Shown: positions 28,741 to 39,135, counted from the first letter of the stretch. The stretch: DNA of 53,054 nt from Planctomycetales bacterium (GCA_005239675.1 SBBO01000014.1:1-53054), one strand, 5' to 3'. Notes: a model not told the origin generated them from the letters alone. A program made the numbers and translations.

Positions 28741-29940
28741 ATGGTCACTGTTCACGAAGCTGAATCTATTATCCTCAAGAACATTGTTTCGCTCCCTGAT
28801 GTGCGTGTCCCTTTGGGCCAGGCCTTCGGCCGGGTCTTGCGCGAAGACGTTATTGCCGACCGGGATTTACCGTCCTTTGACCGCGCCACCATGGATGGTA
28901 TTGCCATCCATGGCATGTCTTTGACCAAAGGTATACGAAGATTTTTTGTAGAAGGCCTGCAAAAGGCGGGTATCTCAGCCCTCTCTTTAAGAAAACGCGA
29001 TGGGTGTCTAGAAATTACAACCGGGGCCATGCTGTCTAAAGGCTGCGATTGTGTGATTCCGCTGGAAGATATTGAGATAAAAGGAAGAATAGCGCATATA
29101 CGCACCGGTTCTCAGGTCAAGCTGTCTTATGTCCATCGCAAAGGTTCTGATGCCCGAAAAGGGACTGTACTCCTTCATGCAGGGTGTCGGCTTTCAACTG
29201 CACAGATTGCTGTGGCCGCTAGTGTAGGGAAGGACAAGGTCTTGGTTGCTCAATTGCCGGATATCGCCATTGTTGGTACCGGTGATGAATTGGTCGAAAT
29301 CGATCGACCAGTCAGGCCATTTCAGATCCGCCGGTCTAATACGTATGCCTTGGCCTGCGGGCTTGTTTTAAATGGTTACCCCAACGTCAGGCGTTTTCAT
29401 ATCCGTGACCATCTCGAAACGTTACGTACGCGCCTGAAGAAGATTTTGGCGCGATACAATGTCGTTATCTTAAGCGGTGGGGTGTCAGCAGGCAAATTGG
29501 ATTTTGTGCCGCAGGTCCTGGAAGAATTAGGAGTCAGGCTTTTATTCCATAAGGTCCGCCAGCGCCCAGGCGGCCCATTTTTGTTTGGTAAGACGACCCA
29601 AGGCAAGCCCATTTTTGGTCTCCCAGGTAATCCGGTTTCAACCCAGATATGCCTGTATCGTTATGTCTTGGCGTATTTGAACAAGGCCGCCAGGTTGCCA
29701 TCCAAGACACGGCATTTTGTTACCTTAAGCCAACCCGTCCAGGTTAAGACGCCATTGACCTGTTTTCTCCCTGTTCAAATCGCATCCACCAAAGACGGTC
29801 GGATCACGGCCGCGCCCATTTTTCTAAAGAACTCCGGTGATTATGTGGCGCTCAGTAAAAGCGACGGCTTTATTGAGCTCTCGGCAGAAACATTTCGCTT
29901 CCGCCAGGGAAGCGCGCATCCATTTTATTCAATGAAGTAG
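28741..29940 (+). CDS. moeA: molybdopterin molybdenumtransferase
   Basis: PSFDRATMDGIA, TGDELV, SGGVSAG, GLPGNP. Confidence 0.95.
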   Translation: MVTVHEAESIILKNIVSLPDVRVPLGQAFGRVLREDVIADRDLPSFDRATMDGIAIHGMSLTKGIRRFFVEGLQKAGISALSLRKRDGCLEITTGAMLSKGCDCVIPLEDIEIKGRIAHIRTGSQVKLSYVHRKGSDARKGTVLLHAGCRLSTAQIAVAASVGKDKVLVAQLPDIAIVGTGDELVEIDRPVRPFQIRRSNTYALACGLVLNGYPNVRRFHIRDHLETLRTRLKKILARYNVVILSGGVSAGKLDFVPQVLEELGVRLLFHKVRQRPGGPFLFGKTTQGKPIFGLPGNPVSTQICLYRYVLAYLNKAARLPSKTRHFVTLSQPVQVKTPLTCFLPVQIASTKDGRITAAPIFLKNSGDYVALSKSDGFIELSAETFRFRQGSAHPFYSMK

Positions 29941-30101
29941 TAACGATGACGGATATTGCTAAAAATTATTAAAAGGTACTGATCATCAGGTATTGTTGGG
30001 GAAGATAAAAGAATTATTGGAGGGCCAATGATGGTAGAGAAGGTAAATAAGTTGTTATGCCTTGGCTTTTTATTGTCGCGACATAATGGATAGGAAAAAA
30101 G

Positions 30102-31793
30102 ATGGGGGAGTTATCCAGGTTTCCCTTGGGAACATTGTTGATTGAAAAAGGGATTATTACGCCCGAGCAATTAGATGTTGCCCTCAAACGGCAAGAGGAA
30201 AAGGGCGGATTATTGGGGGCGATTCTCTTGCAATTGGGTTTTGTGGATGAAGAAACGGTCTTTCTTCCCATCATCGCTGGTCAGCTAGGAATCGATTTTA
30301 TCCGTTTAAAAGACCTAATTATCCCCCCTGAAGTTATCCAAATCATTCCCGCAAAATTCGCCAGTCACTACAAGATCATGCCGGTAAGACGAGCGGGGGA
30401 CACCCTGATCGTGGCCACGACCAAGCCTTTGGACGTTCAGATCTTTGATGAGCTCGGCCTCGTCGTCTTTAGTAAGCTTAATCTCGTCTTGTCTAGTGAA
30501 AAGGATATCCTGGAGGCCATTCGCCGTTATTATGGCGTGGGTGCCGAGACTATAGAGCAGATGATGGGGACAGTCCAGCCATTAGCATCGCTCGAGCCGG
30601 AGGTCTCCAACATCGAGGTAATCGATGCCGAGGCCTCCATCAGTAAGTTTTTGAATCAAATCCTCTTAGAGGCCTACAAGGATCGTGCGACCGATGTCCA
30701 CATCGAACCGTTTGAAGATGAGTTACGGGTCCGTTACCGCGTTGATGGCGTTCTCTGCGATGCCCGCGTCCCCAAAGACATCAAACACTTCAAGGATTCG
30801 ATTGCCTCGCGGATCAAGGTGCTTTCTAATCTTGATATTGCTGAAAAACGGATTCCCCAGGACGGACGTTTCAAGGTCCGCGTAGGAGAAACGGACCTGA
30901 ACCTACGTGTTTCTTTTCTGCCCACCCCCTATGGCGAGAGTGTCGTTTTAAGAATTTTGAACGCGGCCCGGTTATACAGTCTCGCAGAGCTAGGACTTTC
31001 ATTGGAAGAAATGGCAATCCTGGAGGTCCTTATTAAAAAGCCTCACGGGATCATTTTTATTACAGGGCCGACGGGAAGCGGGAAAACGACGACCCTGTAT
31101 TCCTGTCTTTCCAAAATCAATACCGGGAAAAGAAAGATCGTCACCATCGAAGACCCTATCGAATATCAGTTGAAAGGCATTACCCAGATCCAGATTCATC
31201 CAGCCGTGGGGCTTACCTTCGCTAGCGGTCTACGTTCTATGTTACGCCACGACCCGGATGTGATGATGGTCGGTGAGGTTCGGGACATGGAGACGGCGGA
31301 AATTGCCATTCAGGTCGCTTTAACTGGGCATCTTATTTTTTCGACATTGCATACTAATGACGCCGCTAGCGGCGTTACCAGGCTTCTGGATATGAGGGTG
31401 GAACCATATTTGATTACCAGTACCGTTGAATGTTTCATTGCTCAGAGATTGGTACGTACCGTGTGTCTTAAATGTCGTCAGCCGGCTAAGATATCCCAGG
31501 ATATGGTACGCGAGTTTGCACAAGAAGTAAGTATTGAGGCAGAGATGAACATCTATGAAAGCAGGGGGTGTGAGACCTGCGGATTTACCGGTTATAGTGG
31601 CCGGCAGGCCATTTATGAATTTCTTGTCTGCAACGAGGAAATCCGTCAACTCGTGATGGAACGAGCGGCTGCCAGCCAAATCAGGGAAAAAGCCATGGAA
31701 CACGGCATGAAGACCTTACGCCAGGCTGGTTGGGAGAAAGTCCAAAAAGGCTTAACCACCCCTCAAGAAGTTATTCGGGTAACCCAAGAATAA
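30102..31793 (+). CDS. gspE: GspE/PilB secretion ATPase
   Basis: MshEN-like N-terminus (LGTLLIEKGII), GPTGSGKT, TIEDPIE, RHDPD, tetracysteine motif. Confidence 0.93.
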   Translation: MGELSRFPLGTLLIEKGIITPEQLDVALKRQEEKGGLLGAILLQLGFVDEETVFLPIIAGQLGIDFIRLKDLIIPPEVIQIIPAKFASHYKIMPVRRAGDTLIVATTKPLDVQIFDELGLVVFSKLNLVLSSEKDILEAIRRYYGVGAETIEQMMGTVQPLASLEPEVSNIEVIDAEASISKFLNQILLEAYKDRATDVHIEPFEDELRVRYRVDGVLCDARVPKDIKHFKDSIASRIKVLSNLDIAEKRIPQDGRFKVRVGETDLNLRVSFLPTPYGESVVLRILNAARLYSLAELGLSLEEMAILEVLIKKPHGIIFITGPTGSGKTTTLYSCLSKINTGKRKIVTIEDPIEYQLKGITQIQIHPAVGLTFASGLRSMLRHDPDVMMVGEVRDMETAEIAIQVALTGHLIFSTLHTNDAASGVTRLLDMRVEPYLITSTVECFIAQRLVRTVCLKCRQPAKISQDMVREFAQEVSIEAEMNIYESRGCETCGFTGYSGRQAIYEFLVCNEEIRQLVMERAAASQIREKAMEHGMKTLRQAGWEKVQKGLTTPQEVIRVTQE

Positions 31794-31805
31794 TAAGGGT
31801 TGGCC

Positions 31806-33050
31806 ATGACCAAGTTTGTCTACAAAGCAAAACGCGGCCCTGATAAAATTGTGGATGGTTTTATAGAGGCACCAACTTTCACGATCGCCATCCGAAAGGT
31901 CATGGCGATGGGGCTCATGCCACTCGAGGTGACACAGACCGCAGCGCCCTTTTTAAAACAGGAAGTCGTGCCGCGAACTTCTCTGAGTATTAAGCAGTGG
32001 TTCATGCCATCCCGCAGGCTTCCCCATCAGGAGGTTGTTTTTTTTATGCGGCAGATGAATGATCTGGTAGAGGCCTCTGTTCCGGTCCTGCGGTCTTTAC
32101 GGATCGTGGGACGCCAGGCCCGTCATCCATTGTTGAACACGATCGTCCAGCAGATGTATCTTTTTGTCCAGAACGGCGGCTCGCTTTCCGATGCGCTGGC
32201 CCAGCATCCATCGGTATTTTCCCCATTCTACGTGAACATGGTCAAGACCGGCGAGGTGGGGGGGCGCCTTCCCATAGTCCTGGCACGGCTCGCTGGACAT
32301 TTGGAGAAAGAACAAGAAACGCGCGAGAAGATATGTTCTAGTCTTGCCTATCCCATCTTGGTATTGGTCGTGGGAATTTTGACGGTCTTTGTCTTATTGA
32401 CGTTCGTTATCCCGCGGCTCTCGGTTATGTTTGAAGATTTGGAACAGGCACTGCCGCTGCCCACCGTTATCTTGATTAACACGAGCGATTTTTTTGCCGG
32501 ATATTGGTGGCTTCTGGTCGGTATTTTTGTTATGATCAAAATCTATGGGAAATGGTGGATGCAATCGCCTCAGGGCTCCAGGACCTGGGCTAATGCACAA
32601 TTGAAGCTGCCGTTCTTTGGGGAGTTTATCCGCATCGTTGAAATGGAGCGATTTATCAGGGCCTTGAGTATGTTGCTGGAAGGCGGGGTGCCGGTGACGA
32701 GCGCATTGAATGCCATTGAGCCCACGATTGAAAACGTCGTCTTACGTCAAGAGATCCAAAAGGTGTCCAAGGCCGTGACCGATGGGATACCGCTTAAAAC
32801 AGCGCTGGGACAATCTGCTTTCTTTCCGGAGACGGTTACCAGTATTGTAGCTGTTGGTGAGGAGTCAGGGCGCCTCGACAAGGCCTTACACAAGATTGCC
32901 GAAACCCTTGAGCGCCAGGCCGATCAGACGGTTAAGATCATGATGTCGCTCTTGGGGCCGATTGTCTTGATCATCATTGTTGCTATCGTTGGTTTTGCCG
33001 TTATTGCGATGCTACTGCCGATATTTAGAATGAATATGTTGATACAATAG
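31806..33050 (+). CDS. gspF: GspF/PilC inner-membrane platform protein
   Basis: Two T2SSF repeats: YVNMVKTGE, LAYP, GEESG, MLLPIF. Confidence 0.93.
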   Translation: MTKFVYKAKRGPDKIVDGFIEAPTFTIAIRKVMAMGLMPLEVTQTAAPFLKQEVVPRTSLSIKQWFMPSRRLPHQEVVFFMRQMNDLVEASVPVLRSLRIVGRQARHPLLNTIVQQMYLFVQNGGSLSDALAQHPSVFSPFYVNMVKTGEVGGRLPIVLARLAGHLEKEQETREKICSSLAYPILVLVVGILTVFVLLTFVIPRLSVMFEDLEQALPLPTVILINTSDFFAGYWWLLVGIFVMIKIYGKWWMQSPQGSRTWANAQLKLPFFGEFIRIVEMERFIRALSMLLEGGVPVTSALNAIEPTIENVVLRQEIQKVSKAVTDGIPLKTALGQSAFFPETVTSIVAVGEESGRLDKALHKIAETLERQADQTVKIMMSLLGPIVLIIIVAIVGFAVIAMLLPIFRMNMLIQ

Positions 33051-33076
33051 ATAAACAGGCAAACAAAGATCAGTCG

Positions 33077-33508
33077 ATGACTTTTAAGAATAATAATGCC
33101 TTCACCTTAATTGAAATTATGTTGGTTGTGATCATCATCGGCATCCTGGCAGCGATGGTGATTCCCAATATATCCGGCCGTAGCGAGCAGGCCCGTATTG
33201 CCGCTGCCCGCGCTGATATCGAGGTACATCTTACGACAGCCTTAGATTTGTATGAATTGGATAATGGTCGGTACCCCTCGACCGACCAAGGCCTGCAGGC
33301 CTTGGTGCAGAAAACTTCGACGACACCGGTACCCACAAACTGGCGCGGTCCGTATTTGAAGAAGAAAAGAATTCCTTTGGACCCATGGGGCAGGGAGTAT
33401 CAATATAAGGCGCCGGGTGTTCATAATACAGAGGAATTTGATTTGTTCTCTTTCGGCCCTGACGGCGTCGAAGGCAAGGATGATACCACCAACTGGGTTG
33501 CCGACTAA
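33077..33508 (+). CDS. gspG: major pseudopilin
   Basis: AFTLIEIMLVV, YPSTDQGL.ALV, WRGPYL, DPWG..Y.Y. Confidence 0.95.
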   Translation: MTFKNNNAFTLIEIMLVVIIIGILAAMVIPNISGRSEQARIAAARADIEVHLTTALDLYELDNGRYPSTDQGLQALVQKTSTTPVPTNWRGPYLKKKRIPLDPWGREYQYKAPGVHNTEEFDLFSFGPDGVEGKDDTTNWVAD

Positions 33509-34001
33509 AGGGAGAAGGGGCCGCCGTAGTGGATTTACCACTATTGAGATGATCCTGGTTGTTGTGTTTGTTTCTATCGTTGCGGGTTTCGCGATCCCTA
33601 ACCTCAAGACCGCTTACATACGCGTTCAGTTAAGACAGACCTGCGAGGACTTGGCGGGTCTTATGCGTTACGCCCAAAGTCAAGCGGTGGTCTGGAATAG
33701 GCGCATGCGGCTCGAATTTAACCCCACCTTTACCCAGTATTGGCTGAGCCGTCAATCACAAGGACTTGACACCGTAGGTGATGAGGCCTTTGAGCGGATT
33801 CCCGGACGTCTGGGCCAGTTGGTGAACATCCCTGTAGAGATCACGATAGCATCGCCAGCTCCTGTCCTTTATTTTTATCCGGATGGCACCATGGACAGAA
33901 ATTACATTGAGCTCTGCCACATCAAAGAATGCCTTCGTGTTTCTACCAAAGAACAGCGGGGTTATGTGCATGTCCTGGAGACCTCTGTCGCGTATCCGTA
34001 A
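33480..34001 (+). CDS. gspH: minor pseudopilin, GspH/FimT-like
   Basis: G-FTTIEMILVV prepilin site; MRYAQSQA; FYPDG. Confidence 0.8.
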   Translation: MIPPTGLPTKGRRGRRSGFTTIEMILVVVFVSIVAGFAIPNLKTAYIRVQLRQTCEDLAGLMRYAQSQAVVWNRRMRLEFNPTFTQYWLSRQSQGLDTVGDEAFERIPGRLGQLVNIPVEITIASPAPVLYFYPDGTMDRNYIELCHIKECLRVSTKEQRGYVHVLETSVAYP

Positions 34002-34383
34002 TGGCCGCGGCTCAGTTTTGATAGAAATCTTATTATCGGTTGTTATTCTTTCTACGAGTCTCACGTTCATCATTAGGGCCATGGGCTCGAGCGCGATGGC
34101 CCTTGAATATGGCGCGCGGTATACCTTAGGGTTGATCAACTTAGAGAACCAGACGAGCGATATCCTGCGCCGTGGTTTTATCGCCCCTGGGGTACACGAA
34201 GAGAAAGAACTCACTGAGACCAAGCCATCCTATCATTATTCCCTCACAACAACGCCATGGCAGGAAACAAGAGAAGGTGTTAGTCCCATCAGTCAGGTAG
34301 ATATAAAGATTGTCTGGCGATCTGGCAAAAGAGAAGACCAAGTGACCGTTCAGACCCTTTTGCCTTCCCCTAAAGTCCCATGA
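33964..34383 (+). CDS. minor pseudopilin, GspI/PilV-like
   Basis: G-SVLIEILLSVVIL prepilin site; position in the cluster. Confidence 0.75.
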   Translation: MCMSWRPLSRIRNGRGSVLIEILLSVVILSTSLTFIIRAMGSSAMALEYGARYTLGLINLENQTSDILRRGFIAPGVHEEKELTETKPSYHYSLTTTPWQETREGVSPISQVDIKIVWRSGKREDQVTVQTLLPSPKVP

Positions 34384-35111
34384 ACAATTCCCATCGCGCC
34401 TTTAGTCTCCTTGAGCTTCTTCTGGCCTTGAGTATTTTTGTTGTTGTCGCGGTGTGCGTTTACGGTACTTTTTGGACGGGGGCGAGGCTAAGTGACAGGT
34501 CCAAGGAAGAATACCAGACTTACCACCAGATCCGTCTGGCCCTAGACACGATTGGTACTGATTTAGAAAACGCGGTGTTTTATGATTTTACAAATTCTTA
34601 TCCGGGAAAAACAGCATTTGAGGGGAAAGAGGATGCGGTTACTTTCTTAACTATTTCAAAAGATGCCCTAAGGGTTATTCGTTATTCCCTTAAATCCATT
34701 GAGCGAGACCACATCCATCGTGTCGTTATTGGGCGTTCCAGCGCTCGTAACGTAACGACCATCGCTAATTATCGCGAGCAAGGGATGAGGCTGTCCCGCT
34801 TGGTGCGGGAAGAATGGAATTTTATTGATTATGTGAGTGGTGCAAGGGAGATCGATTCCGAGACCATTGCCGTTGACATTAAGGAAAACAGTTTAAAATT
34901 TGTCTTTGGATATCTTCCCGGGGAGGGGAAAGAAAAGAATAAGGCAGATGATCTTTATGAGTGGCATCCCCGCTGGCTGCGCCCTTATCTGCCACGGATG
35001 GTACGTGTGCAGATGGATTTCTTCGTCGCCGGCAGGGAGCAGCGAACCATCAGCGTCCATAAGGATGTCTTTATGCCACACGGTACATGGGGAAAATTGG
35101 AAAATAGTTAA
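34380..35111 (+). CDS. gspJ: minor pseudopilin, GspJ-like
   Basis: A-FSLLELLLAL; DLENA; C-terminal LPRMVRV. Confidence 0.8.
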   Translation: MNNSHRAFSLLELLLALSIFVVVAVCVYGTFWTGARLSDRSKEEYQTYHQIRLALDTIGTDLENAVFYDFTNSYPGKTAFEGKEDAVTFLTISKDALRVIRYSLKSIERDHIHRVVIGRSSARNVTTIANYREQGMRLSRLVREEWNFIDYVSGAREIDSETIAVDIKENSLKFVFGYLPGEGKEKNKADDLYEWHPRWLRPYLPRMVRVQMDFFVAGREQRTISVHKDVFMPHGTWGKLENS

Positions 35112-35113
35112 AA

Positions 35114-36193
35114 ATGTCTAAGTTACTTTTACGCAAATTTTCTAGTTCTGGTACAATATTGATCAGCGTTTTGTGGGTTGTTATTATCCTGACGATCTTG
35201 GCCATCAGTTTGGGCCGTCGAGCACATATTGAATCCACTTTGGTTAAACATGCGCTGGGTCAAGTGAAATCCAATTACCTGGCTTGGGCAGGCATGGCGT
35301 ATGCCCTCCAAGAGATCGATCGGGATTCTCAAGATCCTCTTTCGCTGGCACAAGACACGCTGTATCGCTGTGCCTTTCAATACGATCGTGGTGGATCGCC
35401 AGAAGATCTCTTCAAGGCAAGGGCCATGGCTGACGGGTATTTTTCTGTTGAGTATGTCGATACCTCTATCGAACAAAAAGGCACCCTCTACTATGGGCCT
35501 CAGGACGAAGAACGCAGGATCAATATCAATGCCTTGACGATCCATGATATCCCTATTTTAAGCGCATTGATCGTGGGCTTGGGATTCGATGAAAGGGTTG
35601 CGACAACGATCGCCCACGCGGTATTGGACTGGAAGGACGAAGATGATATAACGCTCGACACGGCCACTGGCGCCGAAGATGATTACTATCAAAGCCTTTC
35701 TAAGCCTTATCGATGCAAAGACCGTCCTTTTGATGCGCCAGCAGAGCTCCTTTTGGTGCGCGCGATGACACAGGAAATTTACCAGGCCATGGCTAAATAT
35801 GTGACGGTATTTCCCAAGACAGGGTTCTTGCAGGTGAATTTTGATACAGCGCCAGCGATCGTGCTGACGGCCTTGGCGCGCGGTATGGTCGCGGCATTTC
35901 CTGACATGACCGTATCCAATGCGGACACCTTGGTCGAGAAAATCCTGCGGTATCGTCAGGGAGAAGATGGTGTTATTATGACCAGCGACGACCGTGTCAT
36001 TGATTTAAACGTTATGCCCCTCAACAGCCAGGAACGGAATTTATTTTTAGCGATGTCCCGGTTGCGTACATCCACCTCTAATTATTTACGTGTCCGTGTC
36101 AAGGGGGTCGAAAATGCGCGTGCCGCTCAGACGGTCATTGAAGCGGTTGTTTATCGCTATGATCTATCTCTCTTGAGCTGGCACAGAAATTGA
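35114..36193 (+). CDS. gspK: minor pseudopilin GspK
   Basis: G-TILISVLW lacking Glu5; DEERRININ, LDWKDED, ELLLV, VNFDTAP. Confidence 0.88.
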   Translation: MSKLLLRKFSSSGTILISVLWVVIILTILAISLGRRAHIESTLVKHALGQVKSNYLAWAGMAYALQEIDRDSQDPLSLAQDTLYRCAFQYDRGGSPEDLFKARAMADGYFSVEYVDTSIEQKGTLYYGPQDEERRININALTIHDIPILSALIVGLGFDERVATTIAHAVLDWKDEDDITLDTATGAEDDYYQSLSKPYRCKDRPFDAPAELLLVRAMTQEIYQAMAKYVTVFPKTGFLQVNFDTAPAIVLTALARGMVAAFPDMTVSNADTLVEKILRYRQGEDGVIMTSDDRVIDLNVMPLNSQERNLFLAMSRLRTSTSNYLRVRVKGVENARAAQTVIEAVVYRYDLSLLSWHRN

Positions 36194-37648
36194 ATGGCTA
36201 AAGATATCTCGACCACCATCGAAATTACCGATACCCATATCAAGTTTTTTCAGGCGAAGACAGTGCGCCAAAGGCGCGTCTTGTGCGCCGGTGATGTTAA
36301 ACCCCTTCAGGAATTTACTGATGCTGAGCTTATAGGAAAATTGTCTCAGATTGCGACCTCCCACCCGATCGACCCTAAACATCTGACGGTTGTTATTCCG
36401 CGTCGGCTGGCCATCCTTAAGACGATGCACCTTCCTTCCCAGAATGAGGGTGAGATCAAAAAGATGATCGCCCTCCAGCTTGTAGAGCAGATTCCTTACA
36501 CGCTTGAAGACGTCGTTTACGATTTTCAGGTGTTGGACAAGGAGCCCTCCGGATACGTGCGCGTGTTGGTTGTTGTCTTACACAAAGAAATCAGCGAGAG
36601 ATTTTTGAAGATATGCAAGGAGGCAGGATTACATCCAGAGCGATTTTTCTTGAGTTCATTTGGTATCTTGGGTTGGTTGAGTTATCAGCAGGATGAAACT
36701 CGGTCCATGGCTTCTTCTTTATCTTCGGGTCAGTCGCTTTTGCTCATCAATGTGGATATAGATCATACGGAGATATGTTTTTGCTATCAGCAAAAACTAA
36801 TTTTTTCACGTAGCGTCAGTTGTGGGGTAGGTGATTGGCTAACGCCCCACCCCATGGGGCTTATCCATCAGATCGACTTGAGTCTTAAGAATTATCTTAA
36901 GGATGATCTGGGGCCACCCGTACAAAAGATCTTAATTATATCTACAGCAAGGGAGGCTGCAGTCCTTCAGGAGGCCATCGCCAAGATATCCTCTCTTGCG
37001 GTTGATGTGTGTTCGCCGCTCGTTAATATTTTGTGCCAGAAGAATATCTGTTTAGGCGCGATCAAGAGTCAGGCAGGGCTTTCTCTGACCGTTGCTATCG
37101 GCATTCTATTGTCCGACTTTAAAGGCTGGATTAATTTTATTCCACCACAAGTACGTGAGACCAAGCAGTTGCAACATCGCAAGATCCAGTGGTTGCAACT
37201 CGCCGGCCTGTCCTTGTTGATCTGCGTCTTAGGATTGGCTATCCCGGGGGTCGAGTTTTTGCGCAAGGTCGCTTACCTCGATACACTCAAGAAGGAGCAC
37301 GCCACGCTGCAACCAGAACTGGAGAGAACAAGGCAGAGGATGCAGGCTGTCGAGGTCCTGCAGGGAGACTTCAAAGAGCGCATCCTGTTGACGGATTTGC
37401 TTCATGCCTTGTACGGCCTGATCCCATCGGATGTGTCATTTCAGTCGTTATTGCTGGATGAGAAGGGGCGCCTGGTGATCCGCGGTTATGCCCAGGCCAG
37501 CGCCAGTGTGTATAGCTTCCAGGAAAATTTGGTGCAATCACCTCTATTCAAGGCGGTCAATCTTGAGTTCGCTACCAAGCGCGATATCTTTAACATGGAA
37601 ATAACGGATTTTCAGATAACCTCCCAGGCAGTAACTCACCGTGATTAG
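36194..37648 (+). CDS. PilM/GspL-like cytoplasmic domain + TM + PilN-like periplasmic domain
   Basis: Actin-like N-terminal region (IEITDTHIK, QIPY, IFSRS), INFIP, one TM helix, L.IRGYA domain. Confidence 0.78.
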   Translation: MAKDISTTIEITDTHIKFFQAKTVRQRRVLCAGDVKPLQEFTDAELIGKLSQIATSHPIDPKHLTVVIPRRLAILKTMHLPSQNEGEIKKMIALQLVEQIPYTLEDVVYDFQVLDKEPSGYVRVLVVVLHKEISERFLKICKEAGLHPERFFLSSFGILGWLSYQQDETRSMASSLSSGQSLLLINVDIDHTEICFCYQQKLIFSRSVSCGVGDWLTPHPMGLIHQIDLSLKNYLKDDLGPPVQKILIISTAREAAVLQEAIAKISSLAVDVCSPLVNILCQKNICLGAIKSQAGLSLTVAIGILLSDFKGWINFIPPQVRETKQLQHRKIQWLQLAGLSLLICVLGLAIPGVEFLRKVAYLDTLKKEHATLQPELERTRQRMQAVEVLQGDFKERILLTDLLHALYGLIPSDVSFQSLLLDEKGRLVIRGYAQASASVYSFQENLVQSPLFKAVNLEFATKRDIFNMEITDFQITSQAVTHRD

Positions 37649-38174
37649 ACGCCTGACAAGACGCGAACAAGGAATTTCTATCCTGTGCATCGTGATGGCC
37701 GGGGTCTATGTGATCTATAGTTTTCTGGTTAAGCCTATGATAGTCAATCTTGCCACGCTTGATGATCAGATCATTGTCCAGAGTCGGCGTCTGGACAAAG
37801 ATACGATGGAGATCGGGCGAGCCCGCGCGTCGGAAGAGACCATAGCATTATTTGAGAAAAAATTTAAACAGATCCGCAGCAACGAAGAGACCATATCTTC
37901 TCTTCTTGCCGAGATCGAAGTGGTGGCAAACCAGCTGCAACTGCAGATTACCAACTTGACCCCCCAGAGAGTTCAGGAGGGGGAGTCTTATAAGCATTTT
38001 CTGATCAATCTTACCATAGACGGCGATTTTATGAACATCCTTCAGTTTGTGCACATCCTTCAGGGCGAAGGGCATCTCTTAGAAGTACAGGAGGCGCGGT
38101 TCGATAAGGGGATGCGTTCACATGAGACCTTCGTTCAAGCCACCTTAGTTTTAAAGAAAACATTTCTTTCTTAG
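37641..38174 (+). CDS. GspM/PilO-like protein
   Basis: LTRREQ N-terminus, TM helix, coiled coil, G.F..ILQFV. Confidence 0.78.
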   Translation: MIRRLTRREQGISILCIVMAGVYVIYSFLVKPMIVNLATLDDQIIVQSRRLDKDTMEIGRARASEETIALFEKKFKQIRSNEETISSLLAEIEVVANQLQLQITNLTPQRVQEGESYKHFLINLTIDGDFMNILQFVHILQGEGHLLEVQEARFDKGMRSHETFVQATLVLKKTFLS

Positions 38175-38227
38175 AAATAACTTGAATTATTGTTGACAGC
38201 TCGGTTGGTGTGTATAAAAATTAAGAC

Positions 38228-38247
38228 AACTCTCCGATCGGAGAGTT
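38228..38247. promoter_or_regulatory. perfect 20-bp palindrome (operator or hairpin)
   Basis: AACTCTCCGATCGGAGAGTT is its own reverse complement; it lies downstream of TTGACA (38193-38198). Confidence 0.5.
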
Positions 38248-38313
38248 AAGTCTAACTGATTGTGGGAGAGACTACTACAACGATACTATGACACTTCCCG
38301 CGACACAACGACC

Positions 38314-39135
38314 ATGAGTTATTTAACAGCCCTTCATCTAGAACGAGAGCCATTCTCCACGAGCCCCGACCCGTTCTTTTTTTATCGTTCCAAAGAGCAT
38401 TACACCGCCTTAAATCGTCTGGAGATTGCTATTCGTCTGCGGCGGGGTTTGAGTTTGATCTTGGGCGATGTGGGAACGGGCAAGACCACCCTTTCGCGGG
38501 CCCTGTTGCAGGCATTCGATGGCGAAGATGATTTTATTTTTCATATGATCCTCGATCCCGCGTTCAGGTCGGAATATCAATTCCTGACCCACCTGACAAA
38601 ACTATTTGGCATCAGTCCATTTTTTCGTTCCACCATTGATCATCGCGAGGCGATCGAAAAATATTTATTCCGCAAATGTGTTGAAGAGAAAAAGACCGTT
38701 GTCCTTATTATTGACGAGGGCCAGAAGTTGATGCAGTCGCATTTAGAGATCCTGCGTACGTTACTCAATTATGAGACCAATGAATACAAGCTGCTGCAAT
38801 TGGTGATCTTTGCCCAGATAGAGCTCTTGCCGCGCATTAAAAGGGTGCGCAATTTTATGGATCGGATTAGTCTCAAATATATGTTGAATCCCCTCGATGA
38901 GCAGGAAACGGGAAAGTTTATTGAATTTCGCCTCCGGCAAGCCGGTTACAGTGGCGAACGCAGCCTGCTTAGCGCAGATGCTGTAAAGAAAGTACACGAG
39001 TACACCCAGGGCTATCCACGCCAGATCGCTCTCTTGTGCCACAATGCGATGCAGCAGTTGATCGCGGGGGAGCACGAAATGGTGACCTGCGCGTTGATTG
39101 AAAAAATCATTGAACAAGAGGAGAGATGGGGTTGA
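38314..39135 (+). CDS. ExeA/GspA-family AAA ATPase
   Basis: REPFSTSPDP, GDVGTGKT, IIDEGQ, QGYPRQI. Confidence 0.9.
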   Translation: MSYLTALHLEREPFSTSPDPFFFYRSKEHYTALNRLEIAIRLRRGLSLILGDVGTGKTTLSRALLQAFDGEDDFIFHMILDPAFRSEYQFLTHLTKLFGISPFFRSTIDHREAIEKYLFRKCVEEKKTVVLIIDEGQKLMQSHLEILRTLLNYETNEYKLLQLVIFAQIELLPRIKRVRNFMDRISLKYMLNPLDEQETGKFIEFRLRQAGYSGERSLLSADAVKKVHEYTQGYPRQIALLCHNAMQQLIAGEHEMVTCALIEKIIEQEERWG

